Positions 1 through 14,239 of a stretch of DNA of 64,000 nt are shown piece after piece. How positions within the stretch are numbered: the stretch's first letter is position 1; each line of letters starts with the position of its first letter. Position numbers and translations under genes: made by a program. The stretch is from Hemiscyllium ocellatum. Taxonomy: Eukaryota. The notes beneath the pieces are model-generated. The model was given only the letters and a program-made list of their open reading frames with translations, was not told where the DNA came from and ran no database searches. The DNA lies in assembly GCF_020745735.1 (NCBI RefSeq), contig NW_026867476.1, positions 372,001 to 436,000 of the forward strand, in the 5' to 3' direction.

Positions 1-1130
1 CCAAAAACCCTTGCCATTAAAGGTTTACCTCCCACTGGAAGTCACAATAATACTTTAGATCCCACAGAAAAATTGCGAAGTGCTGATTTCTTTTCTTCTT
101 CTTGTTTCGTTATATACTGTTATGCTATTAAAACCCGTCTCGTCAACTCCTTAGCTCTATTTAATCGTTCCCTAAAATTTGACACATAATCCAAATAAGT
201 CGCCTTTTATTTCTGACTATCAATTTCTATTTTCATCGATTTTAACAGTCCTCTCACTTCGTTGCCAAAATCTAATTAAAATGGATTGAACTTGATCAAT
301 ACATTTGTTGTTACTCTGATCACAAAAACGCAAATGGAATTATCTTATCCCAATCGGCTGGACAGTCTTGACTATAAACCCTAAACATGGCCTTTAATAT
401 TTGAGGCCCCCTTTCTAGCACTCCCTGCAATGCTGAATGTTACAGAGTAGATCTAAATTGTTTTCATCCTAAGATGTCCATAACTTCCTTGAATAATTTT
501 GATGTGAAGTCTGACCCTTGATCTGATTGTATTTCTGTGAGTAGTACTTACCTCATGGAAAATTTGAGTAATATCACTACAAACCTTTTACCTGCAATCT
601 TGTGAAATGCAACAGCCTCTGGAAATCTAGCCTTTTTGTAACACTCCTCTGTTTCTCTTTCATCATCTCCCTCTTCTCTCTGTCCTTCCTTATTTTTCCC
701 TTCTGCTTTCAATCGTAATTCGTTGTCCTTCGCCTCTAACTCAAGTTGCTTCATTTTGAATTGATTTTTAAACATCTCTCAGGGCTCTGAAGGAGTTTCC
801 AGCAAACATCTATGCTGAGCTCTTGCTGTAGGTAGCTTTCATTTCCTCACAGAAGGAGGCAGCTCCAACTCCAGCATATCTGCTAATTACAGCGGCTTGG
901 CCTTAATCACCTTTTGTAAAACCCGGAAGCCAGAAAACTCTTGGTAATTGAAAAAGCCATTTCTAAGCCAAGCACGATTTAAACTAACCAAAATCAACAC
1001 CAAGAACAAAAGACGCAAGTACCTAACACTCACTGCCTTTGAATCCAACAACTCGAATCCCAATTTGGAACTAGAGCAAATCCTGGACAAGCCCTCAATC
1101 TGTTATGGACCAGGCCAGATCCCTCCAAAC
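1..1130 (-). mobile_element. Decayed Ty3/Gypsy LTR retrotransposon fragment: gag N-terminal piece joined directly to integrase core and C-terminus (large internal deletion)
   Basis: Minus-strand translation gives integrase-like ARFPEAV...EIQSDQGSDFTSKLFKEVMDILG...RVYSQDCPADWDKIIPF...YLDYVSNFRERLNRAKEL...KPLMARVF with stops; similar to the integrase at 37141-37674. Upstream KMKQLELEAKDNE resembles a Gypsy gag coiled coil. Confidence 0.8.
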
Positions 1131-2639
1131 ATTTCAAGAAGGTATCCACAATCAAAACTTTACTAGTTGTTTTAAGAAGATGTAAAGAGGATATTCCAGG
1201 AGATAATCAGCTGGGAAAACTCCGATTGGTTTTCGAAAAGAAAGAATTCATTTACAAGATTACTGAATGAAACACGACCACGAAAATAACAAATAACTTA
1301 ACCTTTCCAAAAACCCAAAAGATCATCGCAACCTAATGATGCTGTTTCAAATACTTTCAACAATTCCCCAAAGCATCTCATGGCACAAAAGTTCAAACCA
1401 AATGCAACGCCTTCCAGAATAGAAGTTAGAGAGAGTGTACCAGCCTAGACATGCTTCTGTAGATCCAGCAACTGTTTTGACACCGCTGCTAAAAAAAACA
1501 GAGATATCTGAGCTCGTAGAAATGGCCACATCGCTTTCATTGACCAGCTTTCTTTCATTGAAAGCCTACACAGGAGGCAGTATCCGTTAGTTATTATCAA
1601 ATTCGCCCTAAAACCGTCCACACCAGACTTTTCAGTGTGTCATTTACGACTTCTCTGAAAAAAAACGACAACATAACTTTGTTAAAGGAGTAGCTGCGTC
1701 ACACATTACACGAATTCTGAAAGCCCGCTCTCAGTGTTCTGCTGTCTTGGGGTATCAGTTGGTCCCACATTGCTGATTAGTCTTAGTTTCTCACTGTCAT
1801 GACACGAAAGAACAGAAAATACTGACACAATATCTTTCATCAATTGGATGCAATTCCTCAGATTTCCAGTAGTCTTGATATGAAGACTTTTTTTCTACAT
1901 GTTCCACTTCTTCATTTTGTTACAGGTTGTCTTGCTGCAAAGTTCATGTTTACGGCCCAAATTGGCCATACACCCTCTCCCGATAATTCCCCCTGTTACG
2001 AAGTTGGAAGAGTGTATGCTCACTTTAAGATACATAGTGTGTTCTGAATTTGAAAGTAAATTTGAAGTGCAAACACAGCTGCTAGAATACAGAACAGCGA
2101 AGAGACGGGCTGTTCCAAATTAGCTAAATGTCACAAATGGCTGTTCAATGATTATCTGAGTTTTGGTTGTTGTTTTGACAACATTTCAAATTTGACCCAT
2201 TGATTTAATTAATTCCCAGGATACTAAAATCCAATAAAGTTTGAATTTGTTGCCTGAAAAAAATTGGGCCAATGTGAGGGAATGATATTGGGGCATTTAA
2301 AAAAGCGTGCATTTTGCAAACTTACCAGAGCAACTGCCATCTGAAGATGTAAACATTTTGTCTCAAAGAAATTTCAGCATGCACTGTCCATCAAAAGGTT
2401 TTTTTTCCCTGTAAAAGTAGTAAAAATTAACAAGATGACCCAGGGATGAATCGGAAGGCTGGAAGGAAGACCAGAAGGAAGACAGCATAAGAGGCTTATG
2501 GAATTTGAGAAATTAAGCCAATGAAATGCTCGGTATTTGTGCAATTGAAACTGCATTTTAATGGAATTGTGTTCAGTTAAGGGATAGTGGTTGGTTATGG
2601 GAAAGAGTGTTTATGTTTGAGCTCAAGTTCAGCTTTTGA

Positions 2640-3650
2640 TTGATAGTAATGCCAGAAATTGTTGACAGTCTTAGATTCACCAGTGATAAAGCCACTGCAC
2701 CTCTGGATGAAATGTTTAGAACAAGTGTTATTTCAGATGTTCATTGCACGGAACTTGGTTGGCCCAAATGTTACTTCCACTTAACAGTAGAAATTTGGGT
2801 GTTGTTGATGTCTTCCACGGCATCATGAAGGTGTACTATTTCAATGTGTCAGGAGTCATGTATGATTCCTAATATTTTGCAATCATCATCGAATGTTCGC
2901 ACTTTTGACACTGTAATGGAGGCAAGATCATTGATGAAGCAGATGAAGATTGATTGACCTCGAATATTATCCTGAGGAACCCCTGCAGACATGTCCTTGG
3001 GCTGAGAAGGCTGGTTTGCAACAACAATAACATATTCCTTTGTGTTAGATAGCGGAGAGCTGGTCGCTTGATTCTTATTAATTTTACCTTAGTTAGGGAT
3101 CCGAGATGGCATATTACTCACATGCGGCCTGTAGTTCACAGGCAGTAATTCTCTTCTCTGAACTGGAGTTCATGTGTTGTTTCCACTTTTAAACTAAGGC
3201 TGCAATTAGAATCCGAGTGATCCTACCTTGATCCAAGATGAGTATAAATCACCTGCACAAACACAACCTGATGGCACTATCGACAGAATCATCCAGCACT
3301 TTCTTGGTGATAGACAGTGGACTGATCGAACATTAATTGTCCGGATTGGACTTGTTCTTATTTTTATAAGAAGCAACGTAATTGGGCAGCATTCCACTTT
3401 ACAGATAAATGTTCGTGTTGAAGATAAAATGGAATAAGTTGGCTGACGGCACGAATGTTGGGAACACAAACCAGAGTTATATCCTCGAAAACTGCAGGTT
3501 GAGTTATATACATTTCGTAATTGAGGAATGTACAAGACAGCAGAATTGGAGGCATGTGGTGATAGCAAGTGTCTATGAATTCCAAATGGATGCAAATGGC
3601 AACATTACTGTCCCTAGAAGCATTACGAACAGTTTAATCAAAGTGAGGTG
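2640..3650 (-). mobile_element. Highly degenerate LINE reverse-transcriptase remnant (CR1/L2-like)
   Basis: tcctgaggaacccctgcag near 2980 is the reverse complement of a GVPQG-type RT motif; 3290-3400 resembles the reverse complement of the NYRPISLL region; many stops. Confidence 0.55.
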
Positions 3651-3724
3651 ATGCCAAGCGGATCACCAATCTAGGTCAACATGCCTGGGTCAAGGGCTGA
3701 AGTGGATACTATACGAAGATGAGG

Positions 3725-4012
3725 AACTCAGACTCGATTCCAGCCTTGTCTGTGTGGGGTTTTCACACTCTGCCTTCGGACTCGTAAGTTTCTGCTGCAT
3801 TGTCAGGATTCCTCCCATAATTCAAGATTTGAAGGTAACATGGATTGACCAAGCTAAATTGCGCCATTGTGTCCAGGTAATATGAAGGCTAGATGGGTTA
3901 TCCCTTAACAATGCGGGGTTATGGGGTCATAGTTGGTATGGATGGGATGTTCTCCGGAGATTTGATAAATACTCGAAACGCCAAACGACCTATTTCCACA
4001 CCTTAGGTAATC
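3725..4012 (+). mobile_element. Degenerate tRNA-derived shark SINE (HE1-like)
   Basis: B-box-like gactcgattcc, central gctaaattgc motif and CR1-like tail; colinear with the better copy at 38748-39027. Confidence 0.6.
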
Positions 4013-4237
4013 CATTTAACTATAATGTTTGAATGGATAGGTGGATATTACCATAAAGAAGAAATTGTATCGGGATAGATTTCAGGAACTGCGGTATTGA
4101 CAAATGATGTGTCCTGAGTGAGTCTATGTTTTAGAAGAGTCATTATCTCAGAGATGGTATTAGTAACAGACTGGATAAGACAATGGCTGGCATTTGAAAT
4201 TGCAATACTCGCCTCTCTCCCTTTTGACCATTTACAT

Positions 4238-5166
4238 GCAAGTTGATGGTAATCATAAACATGTCCTGAAGATGGTGCAGGCTCCCACGATGTATCACAT
4301 ACTATCTGTTGGCGATAAGTTTCACGGATTTCCTTGTTATTATCACTGGGTGCATTCTGATTAGAATCGGCCACATTTATCTTCGATACACAATCTGATC
4401 TTTTACACGAGTGTGTGCGTTTAACGCAAGATCGGTCTACATCAGCCATGATGGATCAGTCTGGCTGATAGTGGCGTTCAGCATTGATTGTTTTGTGACA
4501 ATCATTTGCCCGAATCTGAGTACCAGATACTGCACCGAGAAAACTGCATTGCTCGTCATAGGCGTGATCTGATCCTTGTTCTGCAGCAAGAACGTTCCTT
4601 TGCACTTTGTCTCTCAACCCTTGGCGATACTGGATGGGATGCCTTCATCCTGTGGCATTGAGCCCATCTTCTCCGCTTCACTTGTTCGGCAGGCCTACCA
4701 CTGCGTTGGCCGTATCTTAACTCCATTTCTCCCGTTCTTTCTCATTCTCCTGCCCAATGTCCTCACTGTTAGGCATATCTCAAAAGTTACCGTGTCACAT
4801 AAGAGGCTCAGTGGCTCTCAGAATGGTGATGATCACGAGATGGCCAAACGCAAAAGGCCCATTGTTTTGCTGTATGATATCTCCAACATTTTTCTACTCC
4901 TGTCAGGCACATGCGTTCGACGATTCCTCTACATTCAAGTTACAGCAGAGGATTACATTGGTGGCCAAGATTTCAATGACCCACAATACATCCTCTCAGT
5001 GATGACAAATATGTGCCAGTTATTCATTTCCTGCATAAACATCTTCATGTATGTCGTAGCTCAGAATAAGTCCCGAGAGGAATTGAAGGAGGTGCTAATG
5101 CATCCTATCACCTTATCACCAGTTGCCTTAAATTGCAAAAAAGCGCAACAGAAAATCCCCACATAA
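4238..5166 (+). pseudogene. GPR139/GPR142-like class A GPCR pseudogene (main coding exon)
   Basis: One frame reads LMVIINMS*RWCRLPRCITYYLLAISFTDFLVII...SVWLIVAFSIDCFV...RYCTEKTA...ILTPFLPFFLILLPN...NIFMYVVAQNKSREELK with three in-frame TGA stops; splice acceptor degraded; first exon not found. Confidence 0.85.
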
Positions 5167-7471
5167 GTTTTCCTACATCATTGTGTCTCAGAATGTTATG
5201 CTGCATTACAGTGCTGAAACAAATGTTGGGTATTTAAGCTCCTGAACTCGTGAAACGTAAAACTCTCTCTGCTACCAATAATTATAAAATACAGAAAAAT
5301 TGGAGGTTCTGCATTTCTGGGTGGCATGGGAAATCAAAATCTACATCGATGGTCACAATTATGAAATTCGGAGAGGGGAGAAGGAAATATTTAAAGAATT
5401 TCCCCAGTGATGAGGAACACCAGGAACATCAAAATATAGGAAAGTTTATGCCTAATTGCTTGGGAAAAGAAAAGTTTGAACCCGAGTGAAGTATAAGTGT
5501 TTAGAATGACAAGGACTCTGAATAGACTGGAGGAAGGTAACGGTTCCCTATGATGCAAGGATTTGCAGGCAGCAAATGGTACACGGGAGACGAAAGGACA
5601 ATGGTATCATAATTTCAATAAACACAGAGAAAGTATAGAAGTTATGCGAATCTAACTGAGAATCTGTTGCAGGCAGGATCTACAGAAACTTTCAAAAAGG
5701 GAAAATAAATTTCAGAAAAATAAATATAGTTCTCATCTATGGAAGGCGACTGGCCCGAGGTAAATTGCTCTTTCGGACGCATTCACATTAGCTGAATGGC
5801 TCTTTTTTTGTTCCAATATGTCTATGTTCCCAACATTCTTCTTAGGATCATGAACTCAAATTGACTTTTCATAGCATATCCGTTACCAAAGTATGTCTTG
5901 TTCATGGCATTGAAATCATGATAATGTATATTGCATGAATCTGTTTAAAAACATAACTGCACTGGAACCAGACTCAGTTTACATGATTTTAAACGAATCC
6001 ATGTGCCCAGTCAGAGTACATCAAGTGATACCTCTGGTTATAATACAGCAAATCGTGACTCAATTTAACCTAAAAGCTTGCCCAGTTAATGCATAGGACA
6101 TATGTCATAGGACTCGAATATGTGTCCATTCGTGCATACTGCGATAATCAACAGGATAATGTGTGGTAAGGCTTTTCTCTCATTTCCACCTTTGGATTCG
6201 GTGTCATCATTACTGGAATTGCATCCAATCAAAGCACGGGCCTAAAGTATCTTGTTGGGCAAGTGTTTTCATACAGTGATGGTCCTTTGCGGGATGCACA
6301 AGTCACTGTTTCAGTGATTTAAAAACGCGGTGAACAGTTTCCTTGATTTCTGATGCAACTTCAATTTTTTATATGTTTCAACTTGCGAAGTATTTTGCTG
6401 GATTCACACCCGTTCTTTCTTCGAATTTTGGATTTCTACATTAGAATTAATGTTCCACATCAGGATTGTAACAAATTTACACTTGATCTGTAACTTGAAA
6501 TTCACAGATATGAATGATTGCGCTGGAATTTCCTCTGGATTTGACTAACAATATTCCAATGTGAACTTTTCTGATTGATATTCCGAACAGTTTTATTAAT
6601 TGCACGGGTTAATATTCTGCAGACAGAGCGGCTAGTAGAATGACAATTCAGTTAACCTGGAATTACCTAGTTCATTTAATGGCGGACGTGAAACGGTAAA
6701 CAATTGATATGACTTAAGAAAAACAATCTTTGATATCGTTTAGAAGTGTATTGCCAGAGTTCCCTGGTGTGCATGTGTATCCTGACAAAGCGGTTGATTC
6801 TTAATTAACCTCCGAATATATTTTTCAATGCACAAAATTCAAAGGGCAATTAGGGAAAGGCAAAAATACTGCCTTTAACAGTGACAACTGCTGGAGATTT
6901 CAGGGATACTGCTTTTTCTCGTAGTTTGATCACGTGAAACGCTCGTTCCAGGTGAAACTGTTGAAAACAGAACTCACAAACTCTGCAGTACATTGCTCCT
7001 CTCAGAGACCTATTCAAACCAGAATTGAAATGGTTCATCTTTTGACCGTACATATTCAAGCAAAACTTCAATATTTATAAATATATTCTTAAAATGGATT
7101 GATGCTGCCAGTTTAGGACATGAAAAATAAAGAACATGTTTTGGGCCTTTCTAAAAGTCTCGAAGTTTTTCCCCATTAAACAAATGGGGCGCTGTAGAAA
7201 ACCCAAGAACCTGTTTCGTAGAGTAAAATCTTACTGCAAGTAACTGCAACACCGATTCGAGTAACATTGAAATGTTACATGGTTCCAATACGAAAATACT
7301 TGAAGAGACAGAATCATGTCAAACACAAAACAGTGGCGTGGTGTCATTGTATCACTTTAAACAGAAGAGGGAATAACAGGCATGCAGATGTAGAGAGAGA
7401 GATTCTGAGCCTCCTATTCATCAGGTTGAAAGTCATTCATTCAAAAGTCTCTCCAGGACAAAGGCTTTCAC

Positions 7472-7611
7472 NNNNNNNNNNNNNNNNNNNNNNNNNNNNN
7501 NNNNNNNNNNNNNNNNNNNNNNNNNNNNNNNNNNNNNNNNNNNNNNNNNNNNNNNNNNNNNNNNNNNNNNNNNNNNNNNNNNNNNNNNNNNNNNNNNNNN
7601 NNNNNNNNNNN
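7472..7611. other. Assembly gap (140 N)
   Basis: Run of N characters. Confidence 1.
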
Positions 7612-8254
7612 CATCACTTTAACAAGAGAGACAGATAAAGGGAAAGAGATGCTGACTCTTTTCTTCAGATAAAGCTCCGAAACAACAGACAATCCATTGC
7701 ACACAGGTACAGATATAGAAACATACACAAACGTAGAAACGCACATGAATATACACTAAATACAAAAATACGTACTTACAAACACACATGGATAGTTACG
7801 AGCAGAGATACAGAAACACACAGATAGAGAAACAAAAACACAAATATATGGACGCATGTACTCACTGTCTGGGTATCTCTGACAGTCCATCTCTCGAATT
7901 TCCCTTATGCAATCTTGAAAATGTCAAACTTCGGAGACATTCTGAGAATAGAGTTCATGAAGCACGTTCCCTGTGGGCTGGAATGTTGATAACTGAGCTC
8001 ACATTCTCCGGATAATGCGTCAGTAATTTAGGAATGAAGTGAGGAAACATTACTTCGCACAAATGATTATGAAACTTTGTAATTCTAAATAAAATTTGTA
8101 ATGAATCAACAAAGTAATTCCACCGCAATTATAAGATATAAATAGACATCTTTACTCTTGGTGTGAAACTAATGAACGGTCACACCAGGGAAAGAGTGAT
8201 TTGCCACACAATTCCCCGGTCACTCTGCATTTTATTCTGTATCGGGTGCAGGTT

Positions 8255-8835
8255 TGCTTGCTGAACTGTAGGTTTGATATCCAGACGTTTCATTATCTGG
8301 CTAGGTAACATCATCAGTGGCGACCTCCAAGTGAAGCGAAGCTGTTGTCTCCTGGTTTCTTTTTATACCTTTCTCCTGGAAGGGGTTCCTGGGGTTTGAG
8401 GTGATGACATTTCCTGTTCGTTTTCTGAGGGTTTGATAGATGGCATCTAGATCTATGTGCTTGTTTATGGCGTTGTGGTTGGAGTGCCAGGCTTCTAGGA
8501 ATTCTCTGGCACGTCTTTGCTTAGCCTGTCCCAGGATAAATGTGTTGTCCCAGTCGAAGTGGTGTTTTTTTTTCATCCGTGTGTAGGGCTATGAGGGAGA
8601 GAGAGTCGTGTCTTTCTGTGGCTAGTTGGTGTTCATGTATCCTGGCGGCTAATTTTCTTCCTGTTTGTCCTGCATAGTGTTTGCGGCAGTCCTTGCATGG
8701 CATTTTATATATGACGCTGGTTTTGTCCATGGGTTGTCCTGGGTCTTTTAAGTTTGTTAGTTTTTGTTTGAGAGTTTTGGTGAGTTTGTGTGCTACAAGG
8801 ATTCCGAGGGTCCTCAGTAGTCTGGCCGTCATTTC
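8255..8835 (-). mobile_element. Penelope-like element 3-prime fragment (GIY-YIG endonuclease)
   Basis: VIYKMPCKDCRKHYAGQTGRKLAARIHEHQLA...HFDWDNTFILGQAKQRRAREFLEAWHS with one frameshift in an A-run. Confidence 0.85.
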
Positions 8836-10125
8836 TGAAACTGTAATATTTAGTATAGTCACAGGATAAGTATGTAAGTTAGATGAGGACATGAAGTTAA
8901 CAGTGAGGTAACCAATTCAGTTTTACAAATGCTCTGAAACTTTCGATGTGAACATCAATCCCATATAATGCACAGTAGCAGCACAATACCCAGTGTTCCC
9001 TATATGATCTAATCAGGGTTTTGTACATCAGCAGCCAACCTGACTTTCCATCTTCTCTATCACAGCCACCATAATAGGTTGTGTATGAACAAAGATTATT
9101 TTGAACGTTGACTGATATAAATTAAGGTGTATTGAACATGAAAAAATATCTTAAAATGGACATCAAATTTGAACTTAACTTTTTAAATTCATACACAGAG
9201 TTACGCAGCACAGAAATGCACAGTTTGGCTTGACTTGTTCATGCTAAACAGATGTTATAAACTGACTGTGTCTCATTTGCTGGAATTTGATCGATATCTT
9301 CCAAAACTCTTCCTATTCATGTACCCATCCAAATGACTTGCAAATGTCCTAATTGTACCCACCTCCAATTGTTCCTCTTGTAGCTAATTACACTCATGCA
9401 CCACCCGAACACCCTTTTTATTACGCTATCATTATTTTACAAACAGTATCAGAGACCAGACTGCAAGCCAAGATTTTGTTGGGTATGGAAAATGCGTGAA
9501 TAAACACAAACTCTGTATAGGCCCTGAAACTACGTGAAATCAAATTCAAATACATTACCTTTTATCTCACATTATCTCCTGTCCATGTCCGGACCGCAGC
9601 AATAGCATCATGAGCAATGCAATACCGACTTGATCATGAGCCGTAAATATTGTGAAAGACGCATGCACGATAAGGTTACTTGGTCTCTGGCAAATATGAA
9701 GGAAAGCAAAACGTGGGAGAGTCATTGGAGGTGGTTGCAGGAGCGTGGAGCTTTCATAAACACCGAGTGCAGACCTCAAACCTCGAATAATGCACTCATG
9801 GCCCTGTTTTGACAGCCACTAACCTGAAGCTATTCGGCCAAGTATCTCAGCGACAAGCCTTGCCTAATGGTTGACATCATTTTTGGTGGGGTGCAATGAC
9901 TATCAGTGTACATGCGCGCTAATTCTGAGTTCAGAGAGGAACGCCACGAATATCTCTGCAAACGGAGAGGGATGAAGTTTATAAAATCGTTTTGTTGGGG
10001 ATTTATCCACGGGGAATTTAAACCAAGAGGAATGGTGAAGGAAGACTGGAAGTACAAAGAAATTCATGCCTGGCAGAATCTTTGGAGGGACACGCAGCGT
10101 TCCTAATAAGGTACAGGAGTTGCTG

Positions 10126-11738
10126 AACATAGAACATAGAACATAGAAAAATACAGCGCAATACAGGCCCTTCGGCCCTCAGTGTTGCGCCGACCGAATC
10201 CTACCTAACCTACACTAGCCCAATAACTTCCAAATGCCTGTCCAATGCCCGCTTAAATGACCATAAAGAGGGAGAGTTCACCACTGCTACTGGCAGGGCA
10301 TTCCATGAACTCACAACCCTCTGTGTAAAGAATCTACCCCTAACATCTGTCCTATACCTTCCACCCCTTAATTTAAAGCTGTGTCCCCTTGTAACAGCTG
10401 ACTCCATTAGCGGTAAAAGGTTCTCAGTGTCTACCCTATCTAAACCCCTAATCATCTTGTACACCTCTATCAAATCTCCCCTAAACCTTCTTTTCTCCAA
10501 TGAGAACAGCCCCAAGTGCCTCAGTCTTTTCTAATACGATTTTCCTACCATACCAGGCAACATCCTGGTAAACCTCCTCTGCACTCGTTCCAATGCCTCC
10601 ACATCCTTCCTATAGTATGGCGATCAAAACTGCACACAATACTCCAGATGAGGCCGCACCAGAGTCTTATACAACTGCAACATGACCTCAGGACTCCGGA
10701 ACTCAATTCCTCTGCCAATAAAGCCCAGTACACCATATGCCTTCCTCACAGCACTGTATACCTGGGTGGCAACTTTCAGAGATCTGTGTACATGGACACC
10801 AAGATCCCTCTGCTCATCCACACTACCAAGTAGCCTACCATTAGCCCAGTAATCCATCTTCTTGTTACTCCTACCAAAGTGAATGACTTCACACTTAGCT
10901 ACATTGAATTCCATTTGCCACCTTTCTGCCCAGCTTTGCAACTTGTCTATATCCCGCTGTAACCTGCCACATCCTTCCTCACTATCCACAACTCCACCGA
11001 CTTTTGTGTCATCCGCAAACTTACTCACCCAGCTTTCAAGCCACTCCTCTAGATCATTTATAAAGATAACAAAAAGCAATGGTCCCAAAACAGATCCTTG
11101 AGGTACACCGCTAGTAACTGCACTCCAAGATGAACCTATACCATCAACTACTACCCTCTGTCTCCTTCCAGCCAGCCAATTTCTAATCCAAACCTCTAAT
11201 GCACCCTCAATGCCATACCTCCGTAGTTTTTGCATTAGCCTACCATGGGGTACCTTATCGAACGCCTTACTAAAATCCATATACACAACATCTACTGCTT
11301 TACCCTCATCCACCTCCTTAGTCACCTGCTCAAAGAACTCAATAAGGTTTGTGAGGCACGACCTGCCCTTCACAAAACCATGCTGACTATCCTTGATCAC
11401 GTTATTCCTATCCAGATGTTCATAAATCTTATCCCTTACAATTCTCTCTAAGACTTTGCCCACCACAGAAGTCAGACTCACTGGCCTATAGTTACTCGGG
11501 CTATCCCTACTCCCCTTCTTGAACAAGGGGACCACATTCGCCATCCTCCAGTCTTCTGGTACTATTCCCGTTGACAATGACAACATAAAAATCCAGGCCA
11601 ATGGCTCTGCTATCTCCTCCCTAGCTTCCCAGAGGATCCTAGGGTAAATGCCATCAGGCCCAGGAGACTTATCTATTTTCATCCTTTCCAGTATTCCCAA
11701 AACCTCTTCCCTACATACTTCAATGCCATCCATTCTAA
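10126..11738 (-). mobile_element. 5-prime-truncated CR1 LINE (ORF2 RT domain and 3-prime tail), relatively young
   Basis: 369-aa ORF with DKSPGPDG, NYRPVSLTS, GVPQGSVLGP, FADDTK motifs; continues through two point stops to the C-terminus; (TTCTATG)n tail at 10126-10146. Confidence 0.95.
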
Positions 11739-12489
11739 TGATGAACTTGAAATGTTCGTCCTACTTTACCCTACAAATATGATGATGGGCCAATTATGCT
11801 ACTGTTTCATTTCAGATCTCCAAAACTTGCAGTATTGCATACTTGTTCAAGTGAAATATTTATCACTTCTGCATTTCTATTCAGAACTGGTATTGAAGGC
11901 TTTAATTATGTTTTTTTCTGCAGTACCTTTGAAGCAGAGAGTTTATCACTGAGAAGCTGAGCTCAGCCGACACAGGGTCGTGAAATTCTTCAAGATCTGA
12001 ACATCATTTGTTTTGAAGTTGGAACACAAATGTCCATTTATTCTGTCCGTCGGCAACACTGGAAGGAACAGTAAGAGCCATTGGGTGGAGACCCAACTTC
12101 AATGGGTAGGAATGGATTGGAGGCAGATAAATTGCAATCACAATGATGGGTGAACATTGTACTGCTTTCAAGCAGAAATAGTTCTGACAAGATCAAGGTA
12201 TATTCTCATCAACGGTGGACACAGTGGTCACAAAGCCAATGCTGTCTTGATGACAAAATAAAAAGAGAAATTGACATTCTCAAGAAAATGTCACTTGTTG
12301 ATAAGCTTGAGGCTAATAGTTTAATGATAACCAGGAAAGATTTGGACTCATTCGACAGAAGTGAATAAATAAATGTCAGAAGCGGAAACAAAGTTTCAAA
12401 ATATTGTCAAGCTAACTTGGCGGTGAAGCAAATGCTCTTCAATAGGCACGTAACCAATAAATGTGCAATTAAATGAACATAAATTGAGT

Positions 12490-13115
12490 GTGGAGAAGCT
12501 TTCAAAAGATCATCCAAACTGGAGAGATTCAATTTTACCTGCACCAGAGATTGTGGAAAAGGGTTCAAATACCCGTCCGAGTTGGAAATTTATCAACAAA
12601 ATCACACTGAGTCGAAGCAATTCATTTGTTTGAAGTATGGAAGGGGATTTATTTGGTATTCACATATGCTGACGTCTCAGCGGTTTCACGCTGAAGAGGA
12701 AAGAGACATTTTAAATCTCCAAATTGCCAGAATTTCTCTAAAAGTTCTAGTGAACTGAATCTTCATCAACGTGTTCATAAGGACAAGAGACAACTCGTCT
12801 TATCTCTCTGTAGCACTAGGTTCAAGTGATCATCTCAACTCGTTGTACATCAGCAGGTCCATGCCACATGACATCATTCTCCCACTATGACTGTGGGAAA
12901 ATATTTACCACTTCATCCAAGCATTTGGCACACCAATGATTCGTATTGTGAATAGACCACACTCCTGTCTTGGGTGGGGGAAGGATTTCACTAATTCATC
13001 TGAACTGGTGATTCATCAGCGTCTTCACTCTAGAACAACGCCTTCTTTTGCCATGAATGTGGGAAATGAGTCATTTTCATTCAATCTCGTCATACAGCAA
13101 CAAATTCACAAATGA
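12490..13115 (+). pseudogene. Decayed C2H2 zinc-finger array
   Basis: Repeated ECGEAFKRSSKL, DCGKGFKYPSELEIYQQNHTESKQFIC, and later tgtggga/gggaaggattc/catcagcg..ttcac finger codons with stops and frameshifts. Confidence 0.7.
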
Positions 13116-13169
13116 GATATCATTCATATCTTATAACACACTGTTATATGTCTTGGGGTACACAATGAT

Positions 13170-13345
13170 TCAATCCTAAAGATGTGCAGGTCAGGTGAAT
13201 TGGCTGTGCTAAATTACCCGTAGTGTTAGGTCCGTAAGGGGTAAATGTAGGGGAATGGGTCTGGGTGGGTTACCCTTTAGTGGTCAGTGTGGACTTGTTG
13301 GGCTGAAGGGCCTGTTTCATTTCTGTAGGAAATCTAATCTCATCT
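13170..13345 (+). mobile_element. 3-prime half of HE1-like SINE
   Basis: gtgctaaattacccgtag...gtgtggacttgttgggctgaagggcctgtttc...aatctaatct matches the tail of the copy at 38748-39027. Confidence 0.7.
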
Positions 13346-14239
13346 AAATACTTCGAAGAAGATCTATTTTAGAGTGGTTATTGTTAAGATGGCCACAGAG
13401 ACATCCAAGGTGTCAAACTGACCATGCACTTTCCACTTGTGCAGACCACGATTCCAAACTTTGTGGCTGGAGGGGTGTCACTAGGAAAGAGTTTTCCACT
13501 TACCTGATGTGATTTAACTTTTTTATTTACTTGGGCATCGATGATCTGGTGGTATATTTTAATGGTAGTTGGATGGAAGTTTAGGGAGATGTGAGGGACA
13601 ATACATTAACCAAATGACTTGCGAGTGTTCAATTCACTGCCTTTCAGGGTGGTGGAGGAGAAACTCAAAAGACATTTAACAAGAATTTAGAAGGTCACAC
13701 ACAATGTCAATAAATGTCTACAATATCAGTGATCCTGAAAATAAGTCCATTTGTTTTAGCTTCCTTTACAAAGTCCTACAATGCACCCATGTCTTCCTGA
13801 AACTATAAGCGTTCTGGACTTGGAAGGCACCACATTTTAATATCGACATTTTGTTTAGCTCCATGATTATAATCATTCCTGTCGATGTAATCTCTGCAGA
13901 AGCATAACCTTCTAAAATATCTGCATTCATCTCATTCAGGTCTGTTATGCATTCTTGATTACTTCATGACTGAGGGCCATTCTTTTATTTTGCACATGTG
14001 AAATGCTCGAAAATTTCCTGCTTAAAGTGATCCTCCTGCATACATCCCTTTCCTCCTTAAAAACACCCCTGAACGAATTCCTCCATGACCAACCTATCTG
14101 TCAGCTGTTCTAATATCATCTAGGCAAAAAACGCAAGACTTTCCCGACCAGGATACCTGAAACAACAACAAAAATTGCTGTAGAAACTCAGCATAACTGG
14201 CAGTGTCTATGGAAGAGAAAGGTTCTAATTAAGAATAAC

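Noticed and set aside
9630-10106. Same-frame ORF pieces with Trp/Cys-rich sequence
   Set aside because: Interrupted by stops; only vague likeness to a LINE ORF1 esterase end; cannot be assigned without a search.
12220-12260. CACAGTG followed by an A-rich tract
   Set aside because: ACAAAATAA lies at 26 bp, not 12 or 23, and no V-like exon precedes it.
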